From a virus (Duplodnaviria > Caudoviricetes): 64,000 nucleotides of DNA. Position 1 is the first letter of the stretch, and the number at the start of each line of letters is the position of its first letter. Location of the stretch: positions 35,930-99,929 of IMG/VR virus record IMGVR_UViG_3300026549_000056. One strand, written 5' to 3'. Of this stretch, positions 26,816 through 37,753 are shown one piece after another. A program made the position numbers and the translations under genes. The notes beneath the pieces are model-generated. The model made no database searches. It was not told where the DNA came from and saw nothing but the letters and a program-made list of their open reading frames with translations.

Positions 26816-27886
26816 TTATAGCGACTTAATTGTAATATGCTTAGTTATGTCGCCATACTTTATATCAAAACCCTTTTTATAGGATTTACTTGTTTCCACA
26901 TTTATAACAAGAGTATCTCCATCAATAGTATAAGAGATATATTTGTTCAAAGTTTCACCTGCGGCGGCCGCGGTCAGTTGTAACTTCCAGGTGCCGTCTG
27001 CCGCGTTCTTAACTACATATTTGATATTACGATCATATGGTGATAACACATCAGGACCTATAATAACCGCATCTTGAGTTTGTTGTTCTTGTTTCATTTC
27101 TTTAATCTGCGTATCAGTATCAGTATAAGTCTCTTTTAAAGCTACTCTAATAATACCAGTATCTTTATTACTTGAACTAGATCCATAATTATCATTAAAA
27201 GCCTGTACTTCCCAAGGCTGACCATTAATTTTAACTCTATCAAACCTCTTAAAGAATGCTTCTGTTGTCGAATCTTTTGTAATATAAAGTTCTTTAGTAT
27301 AATTTAGATCATTCCAAATTACGCCTTTCTTTACATTCCAAAATATACTAGTTTCATCTGGACCTGTTGTCCAACCATGATAAACCTGTTCAGTTTCAGT
27401 CCCATCATCTTCAACTTTAATAATAACAATCTAGTCATCAGCTTTACGAATCTAACCTCTAAAATAAGCTGTTTCTTCTGAATATTGTAGATAAACAATC
27501 CAATATGAATCTGGCGTCCATTCTGCTTTATTTCCATGTATCCACTTAAAAGTAGTCCCTGGAGTGAATCCAGTCTCTAACCAATCTTTATTGTCTTTAA
27601 CGGGATCAATACTAACACTATTTTCCTCAAAAGGAATAGAGATTAATTTATCTTCATAATCAACTTTAAGTTTATCATGATTAATTAAACATCTGAAATA
27701 TGGACTTGTCTGATTATTGCCCTAGCTTGCAATATATTTTTGTACAATTGCCGCCTGATAAGAATAATATAACGCACCTTTCATGCTACGCAGTTTATCT
27801 TGCCTCATTCTAGTCCATTGATCGGCTGAACTAGCATCTCCTCGGAAGGCAACCCGAGCTTTCATTCTATCATAGCTACTTGACAT
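26816..27886 (-). CDS. Putative head-closure/neck protein (356 aa, TAG read-through)
   Basis: ATG 27886 is in frame with 26816-27097; FRCLINHDKLKVDYEDK..WIVYLQYSEETAYFRG*IRKAD. Confidence 0.65.
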
Positions 27887-28190
27887 TTTTATTCAAAAGA
27901 TTTAGTAACCCAAGACACTCAAAGATAGTACGTCTATATTGTAAAAAATCTTCTTCTTGAGTTAGAGTAAATAAACCTTCCAGCTTACAAAGAAGCGAAA
28001 AGAAAATTTCCTATTGTCCGATCAACAATTTGGACATCCCCTTTAACTCTTCCATTAATGTTTCAAGTGGCTTCTGCCAATCAGATCCCTCTTCGCGCAT
28101 TGGAAGCAATTTGTAAACTTGGTTAATAATTCTTTTAAGATTACTTTGGATTGCGGATTCACTAATATCTATATTATATTTAATAATCAT
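27870..28190 (-). CDS. Hypothetical protein (106 aa, 2 TAG)
   Basis: MIIKYNID..QVYKLLPMREEGSDWQKPLETL..LLCKLEGL..YRRTIFECLGL; TGA at 27870. Confidence 0.7.
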
Positions 28191-28191
28191 A

Positions 28192-28776
28192 TTAGCTCTC
28201 CTTTCCAAAATCTCTCCAAGCTTCAGTTTGCTCTGGAGCAGTATCTGGCACTGGCTCAGGAGGAAAATCCATAGGCGTTTCCATAAGCTGTCCAAGAGTA
28301 GAATGATAGACACCGTTAATATCTTTTATTCTACGTTTATATAGTCTTTGTAAATGGAATCCTTCTCGTTCATAGTCTTTCTTTAGTTGTAATAGTTTCT
28401 GCATATGATTAGCCTGTGAAGTAAATTTAAAATCACTTCCGCTATACTTCATGCGAACATTCTCAACAGAAGCAAGTTGTCTGCCAAGCCATTCAACGAT
28501 CATATACGTGGCTAAGATATTAATTTCTTCATCGCTAAGTTTATGCGAAAAAGCTCCAACTAGGAACTTATCCCCGTCGGAGTCTTCTTCTTCTACTACA
28601 TCTAACTTATAATCCAATGGTACTCTAGGAAATTCAAACTTATTGATCGCTGTAAGAAGCATATCCTCAGCTTGATCGAAAGTTTCTTTCTTGGTGAATT
28701 CCATATACATATCATCGGTAATTTTACTAAAAAAACTATTATATACATCAGAGAAGGATGTGATCTTATCGTCCAT
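28192..28776 (-). CDS. Putative head-tail adaptor (194 aa)
   Basis: Intact ORF; EEINILATYMIVEWL..DFKFTSQANH; lies downstream of the capsid genes. Confidence 0.65.
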   Translation of the reverse strand: MDDKITSFSDVYNSFFSKITDDMYMEFTKKETFDQAEDMLLTAINKFEFPRVPLDYKLDVVEEEDSDGDKFLVGAFSHKLSDEEINILATYMIVEWLGRQLASVENVRMKYSGSDFKFTSQANHMQKLLQLKKDYEREGFHLQRLYKRRIKDINGVYHSTLGQLMETPMDFPPEPVPDTAPEQTEAWRDFGKES

Positions 28777-28793
28777 GCATCCTCTCCTTTTTA

Positions 28794-29372
28794 TTAATCC
28801 TTCTTAATAGTTACAACTCTTCTTTTGGGCGCGGCCGCAGCTTCATCATGAGATTCAACTGGAACTCGTCTCTCTTTAGTCTCAGGCTTTGCAAAATTAC
28901 TATCTGGATCGCCATCGAACTTTGTTTTTGCGACTCTTTCAGCAGAATCAACATTAAAGCCTAGCTTATCTTTAATATAATTTCTCTTCGCAATATCATT
29001 TAGTGGTAGAGAAACCGCCAAATCTTCAATCTCTTCTAGGACTCCATCTGGAGCGAAATCAATCATATCCTTGAAAGCATCCAGTGACCCGCGTGTCATT
29101 ATATTCTTAATCTTATCTTCGTCATAGTAATATTCTGGCTCAACATTACCAAGAAGCTCTTTTACAGCCTCATAATCTTTAACAATGAGGTGATGTCTTA
29201 ACATACGTTCGCCCGCAGGATTACTTGCAAGCTTTTCTAGTTCTTCAAATGTTACTTCTTTTGTTTCACCAGGCCAAAAGTGTCTATGAGGAATAGTAAG
29301 ATCATCAACATCGTAGCCTACTGTCCCAGAATCTCGATTTGTAACCTTAATAAGCTTATCTTTCTCGATCAT
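28794..29372 (-). CDS. Hypothetical head-region protein (192 aa)
   Basis: Intact ORF with AAGGAG RBS and TAA stop. Confidence 0.7.
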   Translation of the reverse strand: MIEKDKLIKVTNRDSGTVGYDVDDLTIPHRHFWPGETKEVTFEELEKLASNPAGERMLRHHLIVKDYEAVKELLGNVEPEYYYDEDKIKNIMTRGSLDAFKDMIDFAPDGVLEEIEDLAVSLPLNDIAKRNYIKDKLGFNVDSAERVAKTKFDGDPDSNFAKPETKERRVPVESHDEAAAAPKRRVVTIKKD

Positions 29373-29409
29373 TATTTAGTTCTCCTTATAACTCCATATA
29401 TAAAAGAAA

Positions 29410-29436
29410 GGGGGAAGATATTTACATACCTTCCCC
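29410..29436 (-). terminator. Probable intrinsic terminator after the major capsid gene
   Basis: ggggaag..cttcccc stem with a U-rich tail on the minus strand. Confidence 0.55.
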
Positions 29437-29449
29437 ATATCTATTTTTA

Positions 29450-30484
29450 TTATCCATTATTCTTCGTAAGAGAGGTGTTCTCATACACGCAAATACCAGG
29501 ATTTACAAGATAAGAAGCAACACCAACCTTCTGATAAGTCTGGATCTCTGTAGACCAATCACGATTTTCGAAATCTTTAACCTGCTGTGCGCCCTCAAAA
29601 GCAACCTTGATCGGCTTCTCAGCGCCAGTAGGAATAATATAAGCCTTAGAAGGATCAATGACCTTCTTAGCATTAGTCTCATCTTCAAAAGACTGAGGAA
29701 GGATGATTACGTTATGACCCTTATAAGTAGAGAAATAACCGTTGTTCCATCTCTCCTGCTTCATCTGATCAGAAGCCCAAGCAGCGTCAGGGATCATTGT
29801 AGCAGCAAATTCAAATGTGCAATAAATAGTAGACTTGCCATAAGCATCAGCAGTCTGAAGAAGTCTTACCATTTCAGCATCATTAAATGAAGTCTGGCTT
29901 GTCTTATTAACAGGCTTAATATCCTTAACAGTAGCTTCAAGAGCTGCTGCAATATCACGATAAATGGCTTCATCCATACCCTCAAGAACGATACTATAGA
30001 AGTCATTCATAGTGTAGCGACCATCAAGAAGCTCTTCCCACTCAATACGAGAACCAGCACCGTGAGCGCTTGTAGGAACTTCGAGCTGATATCCATCAAG
30101 CTTAAAAGTTTCATATCTTCCAGCTAGTCCAACCTTCGTAACGAACTGCTTTGCTCTTCTACGAGAAGCTTCACTAATTCTTACCTTAAATACAGGAAGG
30201 GTGCCTTGCGGAAATCTCTGAATGTCAGCGAACTGACCATAATTCTGAAGAACCTTTGCAGGAACAACCTAGCTAAGAGAAACTTCCATTAGTTCAAAAA
30301 TAGTCTGCTTGTTTCTCTCATAATCATGAGGGTTCTTACCAAGTTCATTTAACTCTTTTACAAATGCTGCATCAAGTGCGGCCGCATTCATCTTCTCATT
30401 GCCAAAGGAATACGCAACGGAAGGATTCAATGATGCCTTAGCAGCAGCTTTAGCTAATTCGATTTGATTCTGTCTATCTAGCAT
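29450..30484 (-). CDS. Major capsid protein (344 aa, single TAG at 30269-30271)
   Basis: Fragments 30269-30484 and 29450-30010 are in frame. Follows the protease/scaffold and a 176-aa gene; size fits a major capsid protein. Confidence 0.85.
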
Positions 30485-30507
30485 TGTGCTTTTCCTCCTA
30501 CCTTAAA

Positions 30508-31038
30508 TTATGCGATCCTCTGGAGCTTTACCCCAGGCTGGCCATCTGGCATTGTATAAACCTTAACGACCTGGAACTGAGGGCCTGCTGTGTCTCCCTC
30601 AAGAGCAAGATAACCATCTGTACCAACATATAGGATGTCGCCCTGATCAAGAGCAATGCCCTCAACCTCAGCATCCTTACTTGTATTAGCGCCAAAAGTG
30701 TTAGTGGTGTAGATATCACCAACATTAATTTCAATCAATCTAGGTGTAATAACACCATCAGTGAAGAGTTTCTTGACAAGAGCAAAATGTCTATGCATCT
30801 GATATCTCTCATCATACAATTTCTCTTCGTTATAGATCATGAGCCAAGGGCCTTTTCCGTCAAGGTCAACCTTACCTTTTGCATAATCATACTTAGCAAA
30901 TCTACCCTGCTCAATTACATCACCCATCGTTTCAGCATTGATGGGGAGCTGAGCATAGATACTACCATCTACGATGCCAGTTAGGTGGTTAGGTTCAACC
31001 TGGCCAAAGCCGATTCTCTTAATCTGTGTCTTTGCCAT
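30508..31038 (-). CDS. Putative capsid decoration/cement protein (176 aa)
   Basis: GFGQVEPNHL..VVKVYTMPDGQPGVKLQ; lies between the scaffold and major capsid genes. Confidence 0.65.
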   Translation of the reverse strand: MAKTQIKRIGFGQVEPNHLTGIVDGSIYAQLPINAETMGDVIEQGRFAKYDYAKGKVDLDGKGPWLMIYNEEKLYDERYQMHRHFALVKKLFTDGVITPRLIEINVGDIYTTNTFGANTSKDAEVEGIALDQGDILYVGTDGYLALEGDTAGPQFQVVKVYTMPDGQPGVKLQRIA

Positions 31039-31055
31039 ATCAGCATCCTCCTAAA

Positions 31056-32462
31056 TTACATTCCGCTTTCGGCTTCTCTAACTGCTTTAACCCAGTCTGG
31101 AAGCGCGCTCGCATTTTCATCATTCATATTAACAGTGAAAACATCCTCTGTCTCTTTATATTCATTTTTAGAAGTATCACTTAAATCAAAATTGACCCCC
31201 TTATGATAGCCAATTACAGCAAGTTTAGCTTCAATCTCTTCAAGAGAATATTTTCTCTTATTCTCGATAACGTCTTTCTTATCATCATCAGAAAGCATGT
31301 AGAATTTTGCAATAAGTTCATCCTTCTGCTTATCCTCAACCTGATTCTTAAATTCAATCAGCGCGGCATTCGCTTGGGAAAGCTCATTGAACTGAGTCTG
31401 AAGTTCAGTTAACTTCTGCTCAAGAGCATCATACTCTTCATCGGTATGAAGAGAGTTCTTAGTAACCGGCTTCTTCTTCTCGTCATCTTCTTCTTCATTC
31501 TCACCATTATCGCTTGTTTCTTCAGGGCTTTCTGACTTGGAAGACTCAGAATTGTTAGATTCATTATCTTCTTCATTATCGTTCTTCTTGAAAGTTTCTG
31601 AAGGAACATTCGCTTCTGTATTATCTTGATTTTCTGCGGCAGCTACTTCAACAGGTTTGTCCTGTGGCTGTGCAGAAAACTCAGTAGTTTGTTCAGAAGG
31701 AGTAGTCTCAGCAGCTTGTTCAGCTGTATTATTTTCTACGTTATTCACTGTTGTGTTTCCTCCTTGTAATGCAAACTCTAGTTGTTTCATCATATTAAAC
31801 AGAGTCTTCTTAAAGTTTTTATCTAATGTAAAGTCCTTGCTAACTTCTGGAGCAGTAACACTGGCCCCTTCAAAACAAGGCTATACATCATCACCTAAGA
31901 TGCAAAGTTTTGATACTATTGCATCATTGATAATGAAAAATTCCATGCCAGTTTTATTGTCTTCTGTCCAATGTCCATTGACAGAATCTTCATCAAGTTC
32001 CATTGACTGTGGTTTTCCATTGCCTTCAAAAACTTGTTTAGCTTCTTCAAACTGACCTGTCCAGAGGTACCCCTCTGTCATAAGATATTCCCGCTCAACA
32101 GGATTATCAAAATCGTCCTGTTCTTCAAATGTCTTAAACCATACCTTTGCGTTAGGAGCAACAAAACCATATGGTTTAGTCAAACACTCAAAATGCACAC
32201 CCTAGTCATCAATAGTGACTTTCTGACCATGATCTGCAAAATCCTATTTACTATCTTTATAGTATCCAACAATAGGGGCGCCTCTAAGTGTTCTTGCCAT
32301 TTCAAGGGCAGTTTCCTTATTTATAAAGCTACCATTTCTATTCTTACCTAAATAAAATACCTTGATCTCACATTTTGACATCAATGGACTAATATCAAGA
32401 GGAGAGAGATTGACAAACTCTATGTTGTCAATGGTAGCAACTGACTTATGTGGAAGTGCCAT
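31056..32462 (-). CDS. Prohead protease / scaffold fusion (468 aa, 3 TAG)
   Basis: N-terminal NRNGSFI..GAPIVGYY..DFADHG..TKPYGFV..YLMTEGYLW..QSMEL..LCILGDDV*PCFEGA; acidic coiled-coil C-terminus. TAG at 32244, 32202 and 31881. Confidence 0.85.
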
Positions 32463-32474
32463 TTATTTTACCTC

Positions 32475-34133
32475 TTATAAACTTTCACGATTCGCGATTG
32501 TCTTATCACTTTTATCTTCATCAGCTTTCTCGGGGCGGCCCGCCTTAGAATCACTTTGAATTTGGCTTGATCCACTAGATTGACCTGCGGCCGCCGCATT
32601 ATTATCAGCACTCTTACCGGTTAAAGCTTGTAATGTCTCTGCATTCATAGTAGCACTAGAAATTGGCGGAACAAATACTTCAATAAGATTAAGTATTTCA
32701 TTCTCCCAATAAGCAGTAGCCAAAATTGAACTTTCAGATTGACCGAGCGCGATCTGTGGAAGCATTTTACTGAAACCAAGCTGCGTCTGCTCTCTATATA
32801 ACTTTGCCATATCTTGATAATTAGAATTGGTTGTTTCAAGGATTTGAGCAGTATAATAGACTCGTTTAGAATTCGTATTATATGGTTTCAATAATCTATT
32901 CAGAAATCCTTCGAATTGCTGGAGAAGATTATACATATTTGAAGCATCATTTAGATCAGAATACTTCAAAGCTGCATTACTGGTGCTATTGAAATTATCA
33001 ACAGAAGTTCCAAACTCGTCAAAGACAGACATTTTAACACGATTGACATCATCAGATTGAGTTGTATTACTCTTGTCTGACATATCTGCAACATCAACGT
33101 CTGCGAAAGTTGTTAAGACATCTGTGCCAATAGATTTCTTTAGCATCTTAACAGCATTATTATGAAGCTCTTTTGCTTCATCAATATCAAAGATTGAATC
33201 GCCATTTTTATCAAGCGGCATCTTTTGAATAATAATTCTAAGAAGTTTTTGAGCCATTCTTTTTTGATCTAGATCTCTTGCAATATCCAAATCAATTAAG
33301 GTAGGAATTGCCGCAATAAAAAGTGGGTAATCATCACCATTGATATTAAACTTAATGGTACTGTTTGGATCAAGAGTATACCAACCAGATGTATCACCAG
33401 GGAAATCTCGTCCATTCAGTTTCCCTTGTTTGTAAGCCCTATATCCTTTTTTAAATTCATCAGGAAATAGATTTAGCACTTTTGTCCGTTGTTCTACAGT
33501 TAAATAAAAATCATCAAAAAATGACATATTAAACTATACAACAGGTTGCTCATTAATGCAAAATCTTGTGCGACAATATCTAGGTGGCAATTCCTGTACA
33601 GATATTTTTCCATTAGTAGTTGGAATTAAGTATCCGTAATAACAGCCGTTGCGGATTACTTTTAAGGCAACATCGCCGCAGAACTTTTTAACATTAAACT
33701 CATCAAAGGTCTTTAATATTTTAAAGAAATCTTCTAGAGCCTTGTTTTTATTGGTTTCAGTCAAGTCCTTATCAGCTTTTGGAACTACACTTAGCCCTCT
33801 ATTAACAACAGGAGTAATCATCCAGTCATATCTATAAATATATGCCATATATCTACACATTCTATTATAGATACCACTAGTTTTATAGAAGAAATTTGAG
33901 ATTTCTCTCATTGCATCTATATTTCCATTGTTGATAGCCGTCAATACAAAATCTTTATCTCCACATCTGGGATTTATGCGGCGGTACGATCCTATATCAA
34001 TGGTGGCGTCCTATAAAGTCTTTAGCCCTACTCGAATTTTTGAAAAGTCTATAGGTGTGTATACATCTGAAGTGTCTCCCTAAAGATTCATCGAGAATCC
34101 TTTTTTCTTAATTTCTTCTCTTCTATTAATCAA
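32475..34133 (-). CDS. Portal protein (552 aa, 3 TAG)
   Basis: TTG start with GAGGTG RBS; fragments 33534-33944 and 32475-33527 are in frame; size and position before the protease fit a portal. Confidence 0.8.
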
Positions 34134-34166
34134 GGTAACACCTCATCATTTTCTTACTATAAACTT

Positions 34167-34195
34167 ATTATAGTAAAAAATTTAGTTTTTGTCAA
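34167..34195 (-). promoter_or_regulatory. Consensus sigma-A promoter in front of the portal/head operon
   Basis: TTGACA-17 nt-TATAAT on the minus strand. Confidence 0.75.
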
Positions 34196-34219
34196 CTTAT
34201 AATGTAAAAATACAAAGCG

Positions 34220-34576
34220 TTAATATCCTGCGCGGCACATAATATAATCATAATCAATTCTGCCCTAATCAGTGTAGGGGATAGCAATTAACGTATACCC
34301 ATGCGCTTTACAATACTAACGCTTTTTCATATCATTAAATTGCTGTTTTCTTAAGCCAGAGTATCCTCCGAACTTAGATTTTGCCTAATAGTGTTGAATG
34401 CCTTGGTACTAGATTAAAAAATCTATATTACCATCATCATCAAGAACACAAAAGTCGAATCTTAAAGGGCGGCCGCTACTACTCACTAAGTCTGGAAATG
34501 AATATTCTTCCTTGAAATTGAGACCAGCATCTTTTAATATATCTTCAATCTTTATCTATCCTCGGCTAGCTCGCAT
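34220..34576 (-). CDS. PD-(D/E)xK-type (Vsr/DUF559-like) nuclease (118 aa, 5 TAG)
   Basis: MRASRG*IKIEDIL..PLRFDF..FLI*YQGIQHY*AK..NDMKKR*YCK..LIAIPYTD*GRI. Absent from the ORF track. Confidence 0.8.
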
Positions 34577-34712
34577 AAATATTATCTCCTTTATATTCCT
34601 ACTAAGGTATCTTCAAAAAAGAATTTTATTCATTTACGTCTTTTGGCCTGAAAGTTTATTTCTCTTAAAATTTTTAATATAATATTATTAAGAAAGGATG
34701 TGATATCAGTCA

Positions 34713-35513
34713 ATGAATAAAACATATGCTTTTTCTGATCTCCATGGTGAATATGAATTATGGAAAAAAATAATTGAATATGTCAACCCAGAAGATACTT
34801 TATATTGTTTAGGCGATTGCATTGACCGTGGATAGCATGGTATTCAGATTGTTGAAGAGCTTAAACACCGCCCAAATACTTTCTACATTAAGGGTAATCA
34901 CGAAGACATGGCAGCCGCCGCGATTCCAGACTGTATTGAAGGACATTTTACTTCAGATCTTCAGTTATGGTATATGAATGGTGGAAAAATTACTTAGAAA
35001 GAACTAAGACATATGCAAGAAGAAAGACAACTATTCTTCTCTAAATATTTTGCTCATCTCTCTTTAAGAGAAGTTTATATTAATCAAAGTGGTCAGCACA
35101 TTCTTCTTGATCATTGTGGCTTTACACCAGATCAAAATATCAATTTCTGGGAGCCTCTCTGGGATAGGCGTCATTTTCATCAAAAGTGGCATTGTAAGAG
35201 AAACGCGCCAAAAGAGGAAGAACCTATCAAAGAAAAAACCATCGTAGTGCATGGACACACGCCTGTTCAATACCTTAAATTCGAATTTGGCTATTATGAT
35301 AATGATAAAGTCATATGGACTCCTTTAAATAAAGAAGAATTAAAAGAAAAGCCAGAAATTATAAAATATTGTGATGGACATAAAATTGATATAGATCTTG
35401 GCTCAGTCAATAGCAAGAGAACAGCTCTATTAGACTTAGACACTCTTGAACCAATTTATTTTGATGAGGACGTAAAAAATGAATCTGACGAATCCACAAT
35501 TTCAAGTAAATGA
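34713..35513 (+). CDS. Calcineurin-like (Ser/Thr phosphatase family) metallophosphoesterase (266 aa, 2 TAG)
   Basis: SDLHG, LGDCIDRG, KGNHE, HGHTP and IDIDLG motifs. Confidence 0.85.
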
Positions 35514-35679
35514 AAAAGTTATCATAGCAAGAGCCTCTGATGGCGATCCTGCAGCAGCCGCATATTTAAATTATGTGGGTAAAGTGGTTGGTCATTTTAT
35601 GCCTTATACTATTGTTGATCTCGGCGGGGTCGGTTTTCAATCTATTTTAGAAAGAGATTTAGAAAGATACTTAGGATGA
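35479..35679 (+). CDS. Small hypothetical protein (66 aa)
   Basis: GAGG RBS; overlaps the end of the upstream gene. Confidence 0.5.
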   Translation: MNLTNPQFQVNEKVIIARASDGDPAAAAYLNYVGKVVGHFMPYTIVDLGGVGFQSILERDLERYLG

Positions 35680-35858
35680 TGAAGATGGCTTTCATTATAT
35701 CTGGCATTATCACTTTTAGATGGGACACTATTTACAAATTCCGCTAAGACAAACTGTAACTTTACAGAGTATGCTTTAAATAAAATTAACTAAAATACAT
35801 TAAAAGTAATATTTTATTTTTAATGTATTTTTTTATATAATTATTATAAAGAGAAGGG

Positions 35859-36146
35859 GTGATATGTATGTCAAATATAACAGTAAGCGAATTTTATTGT
35901 ACTCAATGCGGCAATCGCGGTATTCCAATCGCAAGACCTAGTAAAAAAGTAAGAGAACCTGGTCATCTAAAAAAATTATACTGCTTGAGATGTGGAAAAG
36001 AAACTAATCATGCAGAATGTCGAGGCTTTGGAGCATATACAAAAGCAGACTTCGATATTGAATATAAATGTGGTAATTTTGATAAAGATGGCAACAGGAT
36101 TCAACCAAATTGGAGAATCTTTGTTGCAGAACATAGAGGTGATTAA
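35859..36146 (+). CDS. Zn-ribbon hypothetical protein (start may be ATG 35868)
   Basis: CTQC and CLRC pairs. Confidence 0.65.
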   Translation: MICMSNITVSEFYCTQCGNRGIPIARPSKKVREPGHLKKLYCLRCGKETNHAECRGFGAYTKADFDIEYKCGNFDKDGNRIQPNWRIFVAEHRGD

Positions 36147-36148
36147 TT

Positions 36149-36634
36149 ATGGCTGATGTATATATTATGTGTGGGTGCCCTGGCTCAGGAAAATCATATT
36201 GGTGTGAGCATCATATAAAATCAGGAGCAGCATATATTTCAAGAGACGCAATTAGATTTTCGTTACTCAAGCCTGGTGAAGACTATTTTGCACATGAAGA
36301 TGAAGTTTATAAGTTATTCTGGGACCAGATTAATGGCGCACTGAGTGACGGACGTGATGTCTTTGTAGATCAGACTTCCTTAACCAGAAAATCAAGAAAA
36401 TATTTAATTCAGCATTTAAAAGGGTATAATCATATTAATGCAATATGGATTGCTACCCCTCTTAAAGTTGCTATTGAAAGAAATGACAAGCGTACAGGCC
36501 GTGCAAAAGTACCTGTTTCAGATGTAGTGTCAATGTATAAAAGATTTGAAGAGCCTTCTTTTAAGGAGGGATTCTATCGTATCTTTAGATACAAAGATAA
36601 TAAAATGACCTATAAGGAGAATCCTGAAAAATGA
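36149..36634 (+). CDS. P-loop kinase, polynucleotide-kinase-like (AAA_33)
   Basis: Walker A GCPGSGKS, then SRDAIR, DQTSL and ERNDKR. Confidence 0.8.
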   Translation: MADVYIMCGCPGSGKSYWCEHHIKSGAAYISRDAIRFSLLKPGEDYFAHEDEVYKLFWDQINGALSDGRDVFVDQTSLTRKSRKYLIQHLKGYNHINAIWIATPLKVAIERNDKRTGRAKVPVSDVVSMYKRFEEPSFKEGFYRIFRYKDNKMTYKENPEK

Positions 36635-37170
36635 TCTGGCTTAGTAGTGACCTTCATTTTTGTCATAATAAAAACTTCATTTATGAACGTCGAGGATTCC
36701 ATTCTATACAAGAGATGGATGAAGCTATTGTCCGTAATTTTAATGAAGCTGTCGCTTGGGATGATGATCTCTATATACTTGGTGATATAATGCTGAATGA
36801 TAATGACAAAGGCATAAGACTTCTGCGGCAGCTGCCTGGAAATATTCATATCTTAATTGGTAATCATGATACCTCTAATAGAGTTGAATTATATAGACAG
36901 GAACCGCGTATTACAGTAGAAGGATATGCAACTGTTTTAAAATATCAAAAATATAATTTTTACCTATGTCATTATCCAACTTTGACAGCAAACCTCGACG
37001 ATGATAAGTCTTTAACTAAAAGACTATTATGTTTAGCAGGGCATACTCATTCAACAAAGCTTTTTGAGCCTTGTGGATCTTATAATGTCGCGCTAGACGC
37101 GCATGAAAATTATCCAGTTGCTATTGATCAAATAATCTATGATCTTAAATATAAGGAGAAAAAGAAATGA
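36631..37170 (+). CDS. Metallophosphoesterase (179 aa)
   Basis: SDLHFCH, LGD, GNHD, HYP and GHTH motifs. Confidence 0.85.
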   Translation: MIWLSSDLHFCHNKNFIYERRGFHSIQEMDEAIVRNFNEAVAWDDDLYILGDIMLNDNDKGIRLLRQLPGNIHILIGNHDTSNRVELYRQEPRITVEGYATVLKYQKYNFYLCHYPTLTANLDDDKSLTKRLLCLAGHTHSTKLFEPCGSYNVALDAHENYPVAIDQIIYDLKYKEKKK

Positions 37171-37433
37171 CACATGATGATGGATGGTCTATTGTTGGTA
37201 TTCTAGCAGTTCTTGCAATTTTAATTATTTTTGGGCCAGCTCTTGGTTTCCTTTTTGGATGGATTGGCGGTTGGTTCGCAAAAATAACTATTGGTAATAT
37301 TTTATGTAACGGTCTTAATGCCCTCATAGGAACTACAATGTTTACTCCTTCTCAGCTGCCGCTGATTGGTGGAACTCTTGCTTGGATCGGAGGTTTCTTT
37401 AAAGGTATTAGCTCTTCGGCCAAAAAAAGTTAA
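37167..37433 (+). CDS. Small membrane protein (88 aa)
   Basis: Hydrophobic, Gly-rich segments; AAGGAG RBS. Confidence 0.65.
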   Translation: MTHDDGWSIVGILAVLAILIIFGPALGFLFGWIGGWFAKITIGNILCNGLNALIGTTMFTPSQLPLIGGTLAWIGGFFKGISSSAKKS

Positions 37434-37490
37434 TCCCTAAGCTATAAAAGTCTTTTTATATTAAGAAACTAGAAATGGAGATACTTGCCT

Positions 37491-37724
37491 ATGATATACT
37501 TTTTGTTAGGATTTTTCATGGCAGTTCTCATTTGGCCTATTTGCTCCAGCCTGGAATAGTTGCTGGAGCAACTTTTTGAATACTGGAAAACATCGCTTGT
37601 TGCAAAAATGTATAGTGTCCAAAAAATAATAGAACAAAATGAGACGTCGCCAGAACCTGAAAAACATTACGGATTTTCTCAGTTTCCTTATCCAGAACCA
37701 ATTGACCCTGATGACGAAAAATAA
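37491..37724 (+). CDS. Small membrane-anchored protein (77 aa, 1 TAG)
   Basis: MIYFLLGFFMAVLIWPICSSLE*LLEQ..; GGAG RBS; TAA stop. Confidence 0.6.
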
Positions 37725-37753
37725 GAAAATCCAAGAGAGGACTGATTCTATAT

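Noticed and set aside
603-32559. Plus-strand ORFs of the track within the virion module (e.g. 603-812, 8001-8270, 13951-14262, 18059-18460, 31657-32055)
   Set aside because: They are antisense shadows of long minus-strand genes and show no recognisable motifs. Only 23861-24205 was retained.
2055-34576. Fragmented structural genes read as pseudogenes of a decaying prophage
   Set aside because: The interruptions I traced are all TAG, with no frameshifts and with intact RBSs and motifs. Random decay would also produce TAA, TGA and indels.
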